DNA from: Patescibacteria group bacterium UBA924
GTDB lineage: Bacteria; Patescibacteriota; Microgenomatia; UBA1400; PJMF01
Reading direction: 5' to 3'
Assembly: GCA_002293725.1 (NCBI GenBank)
Contig: DBDU01000015.1
Location: forward strand, 19,793 to 83,792
Length of the DNA stretch: 64,000 nt
Part shown: positions 44,968-54,333 of the stretch, piece by piece
Position numbering within the stretch: the first letter of the stretch is position 1
Layout: every line of letters starts with the position of its first letter
Program-made: the position numbers and the translations under genes
Notes under the pieces: generated by a model
Database searches by the model: none
What the model saw: the letters and a program-made list of their open reading frames with translations, nothing else
Told to the model about the DNA's origin: nothing

Positions 44968-46064
44968 ACAGCAGGAACAGTTCTGTTATGAAATGTCCGA
45001 AACGAGTATTTTGCTAGAAGGTCTGAAAAACGTACCGTCTTGGAGTATCCCGCCAAAGTTTTTCGCCGATAACGGAGTAATTGCGGAAACATGTGAGTGG
45101 TTTCGCCAATGATCTTCGGATACGTCAACATCCCATTCGTTACACTACCATATAGGCAAAGCCAGACTTGCACCAGCAAGATATTAAACATATTTCTGAA
45201 AATTACTGTCACTGGCCAACAACAGATAATTACCCACAACAGATTTCGATATGTGTGATAAAGCGCGAAGCGATTTTTTCTTCCTCCTGAGCTCAGTGAG
45301 CCATGATGGTAGACGTTTAAGTTTCTATCTTTCTTAATTACTCCTCCCATCATGCAGATCCGAAGGCTAAGATCAACATCTTCAAGATAGTAAAAGTAAA
45401 GCGGATTGAAAAAGTACCCATACTGCTGAGTAAGTTTTTGAATAAGTGAAAACCTGATAGCTATACACCCTGCGGTAGCCAAAGTTGTATGAATATCTTC
45501 ACTTCTACAGTTTTTAGCATAACCAGAACGAAAGTACTCAACGCCAAACGACTCTATCTGTTGAGGGTTTGATGCTTCGAAGATACAAGGTGCGTAAACA
45601 TCAACTTTTTCTTGCTTTTGCTGACTTAAACTAGCCAGTCTTTTTATAAAATCTTTTCTTAACCAGGCATCATCATTTAAAAGGAGTACCCAATCTATTT
45701 TTGCTGGTTGATGAAGTAACAGCTGGATAGCCTCATTATTCAACTCACCAAATCCAAACCCGGAAGGTGCCGATACAAAGATAACGGTCGAAAAACGTTT
45801 TTTGATAACTTGCGTCGGTTTTTTATCAGAAACGATATACGTCGTAATCTTAGCTACTTTTGATTGCTCTTGAATACTCTTTACACAAGTAGTCAAATGA
45901 GCCAAGTGTTTGGGTTCAAGTGTTGAAGGGATAATGACTGCCACATGAAGATGGGGCATAATACGCTGTTGTATGGTCATCGCTCGCAAAGAACTTTTTT
46001 CGCCACTTTTTCTTTCTACTTGCTTTGGATCACTGTACTTTCTGCTCTTATTTTTTTCTGACAC
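44964..46064 (-). CDS. Glycosyltransferase family 2 (GT-A)
   Basis: 366 aa; VAVIIPSTLEPKHLAHLTTCVKSIQEQ... and LLLNDDAWL DXD motif. Confidence 0.6.
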   Translation of the reverse strand: MSEKNKSRKYSDPKQVERKSGEKSSLRAMTIQQRIMPHLHVAVIIPSTLEPKHLAHLTTCVKSIQEQSKVAKITTYIVSDKKPTQVIKKRFSTVIFVSAPSGFGFGELNNEAIQLLLHQPAKIDWVLLLNDDAWLRKDFIKRLASLSQQKQEKVDVYAPCIFEASNPQQIESFGVEYFRSGYAKNCRSEDIHTTLATAGCIAIRFSLIQKLTQQYGYFFNPLYFYYLEDVDLSLRICMMGGVIKKDRNLNVYHHGSLSSGGRKNRFALYHTYRNLLWVIICCWPVTVIFRNMFNILLVQVWLCLYGSVTNGMLTYPKIIGETTHMFPQLLRYRRKTLAGYSKTVRFSDLLAKYSFRTFHNRTVPAV

Positions 46065-48189
46065 TCAGTACTTACTGTGGTTTGGTCCAGCCTTGCTGAT
46101 ATTGTACTTAGTTACAGCGTATTACAAGCTCAGAACGGACGCAAAATCTTTCCAAGCGGGACAAAGCTTTATTTCGATCGGCTGCTTGGCAGTCGTGCTT
46201 CTTCTGTTCGCCCTTATTCCTGTGAGCATCTCTATCCCACTGGCCATTGGCCGGTGGCTGGTGCTCGCCTTGGCAGGAATAAGCTTTAGTGTTTTTTATG
46301 CCGTACCGCTTTTCAAGTCCGAAGAACAAAGTGTTTTTCTTAAAACCATCTTATGTGTCAATGTCTTATTCGTTTGTCTCAGCATCTTCTTTTTGTCATT
46401 CGATGGCTTAGTTGATTTTCTGCCCTCTCGAAGTTTGGTTAGTTTCTTAGTTGGTCATAACCATGCATACATCCTCTTCCTGTGTGGATTTCCTTTAGCA
46501 ACGTACTTTGCTCTAACAAGTAAAAGGAACCTCGTCTGGATTGTATTGATGTTTCTCTTCTTTTTAGGCACAGTGCTTTCTTTTAGTAGGTTTGGCCTTC
46601 TCTTTCTGGCTATTGAGATAGGATATGTTCTTACCGTTTTCAAATGGAAAACAGCAAAAGTAGTTCAAAAAATCCTTCAGCTTTTTTTAGGTTTGAGCCT
46701 TTTATACGGAGCCGCCCTTTTCTTTTTTTCCGCCCTTCCCCAACTCAGTTTTGGCCAGAACTGTAAGTCTCCCATCTTTCAAGATCAACTTTGCAAAAAC
46801 ATTCAGGCTGATATGCGTCTTGAATACTGGCGCCAGGCGGCACGAGTTATTTCAGACCATCCCTTAATTGGTGCCGGCGGCAGTGCTTTTCGAGTGTTGT
46901 CATACAAGTATCGGAAAGATGAGTTCTCATTCACTTCTACACCACATAATGAGTATTTACAGCTGATTGTCGAGTACGGACTAGTAGGAATGGGAATCGT
47001 AGTTCTTTATCTTTGGGCTCTTTTCTCCCTGCTCAGAAAGTGGAAAACACAGAATGCTCTTACTCAAACATTAATCTTTATTTTGTGCATCGTAAGTGCA
47101 GATGCTCTGTTTAACTTTAACTGGGCATTTCCTGGCTATACACTGCTACTCGCCACACTTTTTGGTATCACCTTTCGACGAGCTGAAATAGCCAAGAATT
47201 TTGTGCCACCACTTCGCTTCTCACCGCTGCTTCTTTTAGGAGCATTTTTAATAACTTCTCTGCCAGTATTTTGGCTCAGTGGACGCTTCATTCATGCCGA
47301 GCTTTTACTAGGAAACAACCTGACACAGTACGTGAAACGGTTTCCTTTCTTAATTGACAAGTCTTTGACAGCCGTCCGTAGTACCGACGTCCCACTAGAA
47401 GTAAAGGAAGATCTTTTCTCTCTTTATCGGAATCATCCTGCATTTACGGATGTGGCTCTTGACCTTGAGCTTGATCCTCAGAAAAGAATGGCTGTGTTTG
47501 CTCGCACTGTCCCCCTAGATCCATACGATGCCAACCTACGTATTCAATACATGATACTTGCTGCGCAAACGGATCAACCTGATATCGTGATCGAGAATGC
47601 CGAAGCGCTATTAAAGATCTTCAATGTTCATGAACGCCATGAGATCAAGTTTTCCTATCCTGACTATCTAGAACGGCTGATCACCTATGCAAACCAACTT
47701 GCCAAAAATGATCCATCAAAAGCACGAGAGATTACGATTCTTGCGTATCAGTTTGAACCTTGGCGAGTGAATGATGTCTCTACTCTTTTTTTTCAAGAAC
47801 CGAGTGCTTTCTCAACACGTGACGTTACTCTCATCTTAGAGTCCACACCTAAGGTAGAACTATGGAAGTATGCAGAGACTCTGCCAGCTTGGTTACTAGA
47901 AAAAATGCTTACCTCCATTGAAGAAGAGAACTTTTCTATGCTCCCACAGAACCTTACTTTGCTACTGACTCGCACGAACATTGGCCCGCATGTGATCTGG
48001 GGAAAAGCATCACAAGCCTTTACAGAGAAGTTGAATAAACTAGAAGTACACAGTCCCGAGACTTTCTTACAAAAGCAGCAGATCATCAAATCCTGGCAAG
48101 AAAGCCTTGCAACCATCAAGAAATTTGGTACTGTTGGCGATACTACTATTGAAGAGTGGAATACACAGGTAGAGTCGTTTGCCCATTAA
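45973..48189 (+). CDS. Wzy_C-domain (O-antigen ligase / PglL-type O-oligosaccharyltransferase-like) membrane protein with ~300-aa C-terminal helical (TPR-like) domain
   Basis: 738 aa; ~12 TM; periplasmic loop with conserved NCKSPIFQDQLCKNI Cys pair followed by ...TSTPHNEYLQLIVEYGLVGMGIV... (Wzy_C HxxEY...G motif). Confidence 0.6.
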   Translation: MVIARKELFSPLFLSTCFGSLYFLLLFFSDTQYLLWFGPALLILYLVTAYYKLRTDAKSFQAGQSFISIGCLAVVLLLFALIPVSISIPLAIGRWLVLALAGISFSVFYAVPLFKSEEQSVFLKTILCVNVLFVCLSIFFLSFDGLVDFLPSRSLVSFLVGHNHAYILFLCGFPLATYFALTSKRNLVWIVLMFLFFLGTVLSFSRFGLLFLAIEIGYVLTVFKWKTAKVVQKILQLFLGLSLLYGAALFFFSALPQLSFGQNCKSPIFQDQLCKNIQADMRLEYWRQAARVISDHPLIGAGGSAFRVLSYKYRKDEFSFTSTPHNEYLQLIVEYGLVGMGIVVLYLWALFSLLRKWKTQNALTQTLIFILCIVSADALFNFNWAFPGYTLLLATLFGITFRRAEIAKNFVPPLRFSPLLLLGAFLITSLPVFWLSGRFIHAELLLGNNLTQYVKRFPFLIDKSLTAVRSTDVPLEVKEDLFSLYRNHPAFTDVALDLELDPQKRMAVFARTVPLDPYDANLRIQYMILAAQTDQPDIVIENAEALLKIFNVHERHEIKFSYPDYLERLITYANQLAKNDPSKAREITILAYQFEPWRVNDVSTLFFQEPSAFSTRDVTLILESTPKVELWKYAETLPAWLLEKMLTSIEEENFSMLPQNLTLLLTRTNIGPHVIWGKASQAFTEKLNKLEVHSPETFLQKQQIIKSWQESLATIKKFGTVGDTTIEEWNTQVESFAH

Positions 48190-48207
48190 CGTTCTCAACA
48201 GGAATGC

Positions 48208-49050
48208 ATGTCGAGAGCTAAGTTTTCATTTTTTTCTCAGTACTCGTCAGTCTATGGCATAGTGTATGCGCTTCGTGGGGACGGGATTCCAGATAAAAGA
48301 ATTGCTCAAGCACTCCGAAGCAATAACCAGCGACAAGCCTTGCGGATCGCCTTAGGATCAAGTTCAGCCCGACATCGTTACTTGGCGCTCGGACTTCTTT
48401 TTTTGAAAGAACGGTTGCATTGGCTGCCCCCATTTCAAGTAATGCTGTGGGTTTTCAGAATTATCGGACCATCGAGATCTTGGTTCGCTTATTTGCAACA
48501 ACAGAATCGTTCTTCCCTGGTGTTAACCAAGGAAATCTTAGGACAAACGCCAAGTCGAGCTGAACTGATTTTGGATGTCGGGAGTGGACTAGGAGATCTC
48601 CCCAAGATGTTCCCAGTTAACCGAAAACGAAGATGGATCTGTATAGACAAGAATTTTTTCTCACTTTTCTTGGCCCAGCTCTATAACAAACGCCAAGATA
48701 TTACGTATGTTTGTGGAGATATTGAGTTGCAACGACTTTTTCCTGATCGTACTTTTGAACGAGTCGTCTGTGCCGACTGTTTTGCCTATATCTATGAGAA
48801 ACCCGCTTTCACTCACCAAGTTCATCGTCTTTTAAAGAGTAAAGGAACATTTGTGATGGTTAATGTTCACGAAGAACAACGCGGAACGGAGAGTTGGGGA
48901 TACGGTATCCCCCATCATCAGATGCAAGGTATACTGCGAAAGCTATTTACCACATTTTCATGGTATGACGTACGACAGCCTAAAGCTGGACCTATTCGTC
49001 GTTTCAGCTTGCTAGACTCTACCAACTACAGCTTTGTTGCGTACAAGTAA
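48208..49050 (+). CDS. Class I SAM-dependent methyltransferase
   Basis: 280 aa; motif I ILDVGSGLGDL. Confidence 0.55.
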   Translation: MSRAKFSFFSQYSSVYGIVYALRGDGIPDKRIAQALRSNNQRQALRIALGSSSARHRYLALGLLFLKERLHWLPPFQVMLWVFRIIGPSRSWFAYLQQQNRSSLVLTKEILGQTPSRAELILDVGSGLGDLPKMFPVNRKRRWICIDKNFFSLFLAQLYNKRQDITYVCGDIELQRLFPDRTFERVVCADCFAYIYEKPAFTHQVHRLLKSKGTFVMVNVHEEQRGTESWGYGIPHHQMQGILRKLFTTFSWYDVRQPKAGPIRRFSLLDSTNYSFVAYK

Positions 49051-50194
49051 GATTATGCAGATATTAGCAATCTTGGAACACGACAGTGGTGGAGAGCTTA
49101 AAGCAGCCAAGTCACTTTTAGATGCCGTTACACGAACTGGTTCTCCAGTTATGTATACGTATGGAGCGCCGCTACGCCGCACAGGACTCCTTCACTACCT
49201 GTTCTGGATCGTCACTTCCCTCGTTCAGAGCTCTTGGCTGGCACTCAAACATCGACGGTTTGAGGTTGTATATACCACCTCTTATACCGCTGCGTTGGGG
49301 TCTTTGATTGCTCGACCTTTTACCCAGCAATTTATCTGCTTTCACTATCACGGAAGTCGGATCCCACCTCAAGAAGTTCCTGATACAAGCTGGTTGCAGC
49401 GTCATACGCAGTCTATCAAGCACGCTATGGTGAGTTACCTTCATCGATGGACATGGTCTCAAGTCAATCTCTTCATCTCTCCTTCGGAACACACCCAACT
49501 GAGGTTGGCAAAAAGCTTCCCTAACTTAGGAAGAGCTCAACTTATTCTTCCTAATGGCGTAGACACAACATTCTTCTATCCGGTGAGCGAAGCATACAAA
49601 CAAAAGTTGCGAAAACAGTTTCATATCCCTAAAACAGCACTCGTCTGTTTGGTAATTGCTCGTGCAGAACCTCAAAAAAAGATAGAGGACTCTATTGCTT
49701 TTATTACCGATATTCAGCGATACAGCCGCAAACAAGTTCTGCTCCTCCTCGCTACTCCCCAGATTGGAAATAACCCTGAATATCTTGTTTCTTTACAGCA
49801 GTTTTTAGCTCGTACAGAGCTACCTCATCTGTTGATTCAGGATCATCCGAATACTCCTGAACTGTACCAAGTAAGCGACTGTGTAATTAGTCATTCCCTT
49901 CAGGAGGTTTTTCCTCTAGTCTTACTTGAAGCAAGCGCCTGTGGAGTGCCTTACTTTGCAAAGAAGAACGGGGCGGTCGAACATTACCTTGTCCCACTTG
50001 ACCCAAACCTGATTTTGTCAGATGACTCAGTCCAAGCCGCCCGTCAGGTACTTTCCATCACACACAAGCAGAAACGAGCTGAGCTTCTCCGCCAATTTGC
50101 CTGTCACCATACTTGGCAAGCGAGCGCCTCACTTCTACTGATAACCTTACAAAAACAACGAAGAAATGAAAAAAAAAGTTTCGCCACCATTTAG
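49034..50194 (+). CDS. Glycosyltransferase family 4-like (GT-B)
   Basis: 386 aa; C-terminal ...HSLQEVFPLVLLEASACGVPYFAKKNGAVEHYL... Confidence 0.5.
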   Translation: MLRTSKIMQILAILEHDSGGELKAAKSLLDAVTRTGSPVMYTYGAPLRRTGLLHYLFWIVTSLVQSSWLALKHRRFEVVYTTSYTAALGSLIARPFTQQFICFHYHGSRIPPQEVPDTSWLQRHTQSIKHAMVSYLHRWTWSQVNLFISPSEHTQLRLAKSFPNLGRAQLILPNGVDTTFFYPVSEAYKQKLRKQFHIPKTALVCLVIARAEPQKKIEDSIAFITDIQRYSRKQVLLLLATPQIGNNPEYLVSLQQFLARTELPHLLIQDHPNTPELYQVSDCVISHSLQEVFPLVLLEASACGVPYFAKKNGAVEHYLVPLDPNLILSDDSVQAARQVLSITHKQKRAELLRQFACHHTWQASASLLLITLQKQRRNEKKSFATI

Positions 50195-53111
50195 TCTGCT
50201 CCGAAACTGCCTCCGTTTACGGTACCTTTTTGTTATTACTGTGCTGCTTATAGGGGTAGTCATTTGGCAAGCACTCCAACCTCCCCCATGGTGGCAGTTT
50301 GCTCTCGGTGAACAGATTACTCAGCAACCTGTTCCCTTTAGGGATAGCGTTATTTTGGCAACAAACCATGGGACGATCACTGCGATTGATCAGCGATCAG
50401 GTAAGGTTCGCTGGGAGTATCAAAGAGCGAAAGAGATTTTTTCTCAACCCACCATAAAACACGGCAAACTTTTTGTCGCATACAACGACAGTGTGATCGT
50501 AGCTTTAAACCCCAATGATGGCTCTTTGAGTTGGCAGCATGCTATACCAAATGGCAGTACTATTCATGGAAATGTGCTAATTACTGAGACGAAGTTTATT
50601 TATGGTGACGCTGAAGGCAATGTGCGTGGCCTTTCACTGCGAACTGGCGAAGTCGCTTGGTCTCTATCGACACCCCAACCTGAGTCCGTTGACCAACTAT
50701 TAACTAAAGATGGCTTACAGTGGTTTGGTTATATTTTGATGGATAGAGGCGAACTCTACATCGTGCGTACTCACGGTCTCGTTTTTTCAGTGAATCCAGA
50801 TAATGGCAAAGTTCGCTGGGAACAAAAAGTGGCAGGAACCTTAGTTGCTGATCCTTTAATCACCAGGACAAGCATCTTATTAAGCACCAATGCCGTTTCG
50901 CTGGCTTCAATTCAGCGGCAAAATGGCGAACTAACAGTTGCAACTAAAACTGAAAACGCTAGCCAGGTGTACTGCCAAATTGAGTTCAGTCAAAAGGGGG
51001 CTTTAACTGATTTACTAGAAAGAACCAAGCAACTTCGACCTAAAAAAAACTTGGTCTATGAAACAGAACGCAGTCAACAAATTGTTCAAATCGATACGAC
51101 CGGAAAGTTGGTTAGTTATCGTAGATCTAACTTAGAGCCGATCTGGCAGTTAGAGCTTGGATACCAACCCAAAAGATGTTTCTATGATCAAAAGGAAGGA
51201 CTGTATGTAACATCTGCTGAAGGTAAGTTAACTAAGGTAGCTTTATCTACTCAAAAAATAAGTTGGGAGAAACAGTTTGCACAGAAACTGTTGTCTATTT
51301 CCTCAATTCAAAAACCACAAACCTTAAATAAGCAGCGTTACAACCCTGACTACTACACAGAGTACTTATTTGTCACTGATGAGAATGAAACTCTCTATCG
51401 CCTCAAATCTTCTACTGGTGAAATCAACTGGCAGTTTCAAACAGATGGGAGTGTCTACATTGGGCCTACTTTACTCCATGGCAGGCTTTTCATCGTTAGT
51501 ACCAATGGTGGTTTATATAGACTATTGGCAACAAATGGCAAACCTGATCAACCTACTCTTTTTCAACCAAAGGTACAGGTTGATGCCAACACAAATAGTG
51601 TGGAACAAAGTCAAATATACGAGCTACAGCTTCGTTCACCTTCAAATAGGTACGCAAACCCACATACAGCTGTAGCTATTCAAGCAGAGTTTAAAAATCA
51701 GGAAGGAAGAGTCATTCCAATTCAGGGCTTCTTCTATGATACCAATGAGTGGCGCATTCGATTTAACCCTCCTACTGCTGGTAAGTGGGAGTGGACAGCC
51801 ACTTGGGGTGATGCATTTGGAACGCAACACCTTTCTGGTCAGTTTGAAAGCCAACGAGCACACACCTATCTTCATCCTGCACCCGATGCACCTAAATGGT
51901 TAACAAAAGATAATCAAACCATTACCTCTTTGGTTGGTATCAACGACTGCATCACGGACCGAAACTTTGATGGCTCTCCTTTGAATGACTTTTACATTGG
52001 CGATGACTCTTATAAGGTAGCTACGATAGCTGGTGAGGTTCCACAGACACTTCGTTTTAATACGAAGTTAGTTCCATTAACTACTTTCCTAGATACGTAT
52101 CGCACTGGATTTAATACCTTCCGTCAAGGTGTGAGTAACTGTTCACCTTTTCTTTCTTATCCAGGAGATATTATTTCTTCAAAGTTTCTGATACCGGAAG
52201 GAAAACAACATGATGAACTTAGCCGCCAACTCTATGAGAAGGACTACATCGTCTGGTTCACTATGTTTGGTTTCTCACTGCCATTTGGGGAAGATCTCAC
52301 TTATCCAGACGAGAAGTTTGCAATCGAGAAGTATGTTCAGTATGTCGTGGCAAGATACGGAGCATATGTAGATATTTGGGAAATCAGTAATGAAGCCGTA
52401 GCAAGCGATAAATACGTTCAACGTATTGCTGAGTATATTCAAAAGTACGATCCTTATCAGAGACTGATCAGCGTCAGCTGGGAAAAACCTGCACTAAAAG
52501 AAATTACTTTGATCTCACCACATTGGTACCAGTCAGAGCTTGACTCCGAATCTGACTTAGCTACGGTAGCTCAAATTGACAAGTTTAAAACATACCAAAA
52601 ACCGGTGATCTTTGGTGAACAAGGTAACCAAATAAAAAATTGGGACGAAACTTCAGCTGATCGAATGAGAGTACGGATTTGGACAGCTTTTTTCAATCAA
52701 GCTTCACTTATTTTTTGGAATCAAAGTAATGATCGCAACTTCTACAACCCAACCTACCAGAATAGTAACCTCTTTCTGGGTGAAGTCGAACGAGGATACG
52801 CTGGCACTTTTCTTCAACTGACCAAGGATTTGGCTTTAGATCTTCAACCAACCAAAGGTGAAACTCAAGGTACGGTTCGATCATACCAACTTCAAAATCA
52901 GAGTACTGTACTCACGTATTTCTTTAACTCCGCAGTAGCTGAAAAGAAAAACATTTTGACTACCAATACACTCAATACGTCAGCTCGTTATGAATGGTTC
53001 GATACTCGTACAGGTGAGCTTCTCAGCAGTGGAGAAGTTGAACGGAATGCAGCTATTTCTTCACCACTTTTTTCAGTCGATATCTTTTTGAAGGTGACTG
53101 CTCTTCAGTAG
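50166..53111 (+). CDS. Membrane-anchored fusion: PQQ-like beta-propeller repeats + C-terminal glycoside-hydrolase-like TIM barrel (GH5/GH140-like)
   Basis: 981 aa; N-terminal TM; repeated G(S/T/K)xxWxx motifs (TAIDQRSGKVRWEY, LNPNDGSLSWQH, SLRTGEVAWS, NPDNGKVRWEQ, KSSTGEINWQF); C-terminal ...DIWEISNEAV... (NEP-like acid/base) and ...VIFGEQG... (nucleophile-like). Confidence 0.45.
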   Translation: MKKKVSPPFSLLRNCLRLRYLFVITVLLIGVVIWQALQPPPWWQFALGEQITQQPVPFRDSVILATNHGTITAIDQRSGKVRWEYQRAKEIFSQPTIKHGKLFVAYNDSVIVALNPNDGSLSWQHAIPNGSTIHGNVLITETKFIYGDAEGNVRGLSLRTGEVAWSLSTPQPESVDQLLTKDGLQWFGYILMDRGELYIVRTHGLVFSVNPDNGKVRWEQKVAGTLVADPLITRTSILLSTNAVSLASIQRQNGELTVATKTENASQVYCQIEFSQKGALTDLLERTKQLRPKKNLVYETERSQQIVQIDTTGKLVSYRRSNLEPIWQLELGYQPKRCFYDQKEGLYVTSAEGKLTKVALSTQKISWEKQFAQKLLSISSIQKPQTLNKQRYNPDYYTEYLFVTDENETLYRLKSSTGEINWQFQTDGSVYIGPTLLHGRLFIVSTNGGLYRLLATNGKPDQPTLFQPKVQVDANTNSVEQSQIYELQLRSPSNRYANPHTAVAIQAEFKNQEGRVIPIQGFFYDTNEWRIRFNPPTAGKWEWTATWGDAFGTQHLSGQFESQRAHTYLHPAPDAPKWLTKDNQTITSLVGINDCITDRNFDGSPLNDFYIGDDSYKVATIAGEVPQTLRFNTKLVPLTTFLDTYRTGFNTFRQGVSNCSPFLSYPGDIISSKFLIPEGKQHDELSRQLYEKDYIVWFTMFGFSLPFGEDLTYPDEKFAIEKYVQYVVARYGAYVDIWEISNEAVASDKYVQRIAEYIQKYDPYQRLISVSWEKPALKEITLISPHWYQSELDSESDLATVAQIDKFKTYQKPVIFGEQGNQIKNWDETSADRMRVRIWTAFFNQASLIFWNQSNDRNFYNPTYQNSNLFLGEVERGYAGTFLQLTKDLALDLQPTKGETQGTVRSYQLQNQSTVLTYFFNSAVAEKKNILTTNTLNTSARYEWFDTRTGELLSSGEVERNAAISSPLFSVDIFLKVTALQ

Positions 53112-54333
53112 AGTGAAGATTCTCAAAGTTTAACAAAGATAAGAAGAGTGATGAGAAGAATGATTGAATACCTAGAATTATAAAAACAACTCCCGGAATA
53201 AAAATTCTCATTGTCATTCTGGGGTTTAAGTTTCCTAGATCTTTCTCTAACCAGTACCAAGCAGTCCAGCCACAAAAAAGTAGTCCCAAAACAAAAACAA
53301 CTCCGCCAATTCCCATTATCAGTTCATTATTTTTTTTACTTAGTTTTTCAATAATCGAGGGAGACCTAACGGGAAGATCAATTCTTTGTGCGAATGCATG
53401 TACACAAAATGACCAATGAAAAAGTTGGTATCCAACTATGAGCAGAGCACCCAAAACCAACATGGTGTGTACTCCAAATGCAATTTCTCCGATCTGGACA
53501 CTTTCCATAATCATATATGAAAGAAGAAACAAAGATGTTAACAGCAAAATAATAGCTGGATAGAAAAAGATCCAAGTTGGTGAAAATAACATCAAAAAGC
53601 GTAAGTGCCGCCAACCATCTCTAAACGTGCGAATATGTGACTTCCGACCCCGCCCATCTTTACGGTAAGGAACCGGGACTTGGCCTATCTTAAAATTGAG
53701 CAGCTTAGCTCTGACTATCATCTCTGACGCAAACTCCATTCCCACGCTGTGAAGATGAAGCTCTGCGACTTTGCTTTTTCTTATTGCTCTAACTCCCGAG
53801 TGATAATCTCCTAAGGAGGTATTAAAAAAAACATTCGCGATCGTGGTTAAGAGAGGGTTCCCAATATAACGATGGAGGAAAGGCATGGCATCAGGCTCAA
53901 TTCCACCTGCAAACCTATTCCCAATTACCAACTCATCACCAGCTGCCAGTTTGTTCACGAAAGGCGTCAAGTTGCTTAAATCGTAGCTTAAATCAGCATC
54001 CGCAATAATAATGAATGCATATTTAGCTTTGCGTAAGCCTGCGTAGATAGCGGCTCCATATCCCCTTTTTCTTTCCACGATCACCCGAGCCCCGGCTTGC
54101 CGAGCAACTTGGATAGAAGCGTCCGTACTTCCATTATCAACGACGAGAACTTCTCCAGTTTTTCTTCCTAACCACTTTTTAGCCTCTTTCACACACTTGC
54201 CAACCGTTTTTTCTTCATTTAAGCATGGAAGTACTATCGATACTGAGTATTTCTGAGGCTTCGCTTTTCGTGCTATTCTCTCTTGATACATAATTCTCTC
54301 TTTATAGCTTGTGCGTCGTTGAATGCAACTCAA
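53053..54333 (-). CDS. GT2 polyprenyl-phosphate sugar synthase (DPM1/ArnC/GtrB-like) with C-terminal TM domain
   Basis: 426 aa; VSIVLPCLNEEKTV...VVDNGSTDAS...IIIADADLSYD; 4 C-terminal TM helices. Confidence 0.7.
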   Translation of the reverse strand: MSCIQRRTSYKERIMYQERIARKAKPQKYSVSIVLPCLNEEKTVGKCVKEAKKWLGRKTGEVLVVDNGSTDASIQVARQAGARVIVERKRGYGAAIYAGLRKAKYAFIIIADADLSYDLSNLTPFVNKLAAGDELVIGNRFAGGIEPDAMPFLHRYIGNPLLTTIANVFFNTSLGDYHSGVRAIRKSKVAELHLHSVGMEFASEMIVRAKLLNFKIGQVPVPYRKDGRGRKSHIRTFRDGWRHLRFLMLFSPTWIFFYPAIILLLTSLFLLSYMIMESVQIGEIAFGVHTMLVLGALLIVGYQLFHWSFCVHAFAQRIDLPVRSPSIIEKLSKKNNELIMGIGGVVFVLGLLFCGWTAWYWLEKDLGNLNPRMTMRIFIPGVVFIILGIQSFFSSLFLSLLNFENLHSTEEQSPSKRYRLKKVVKK

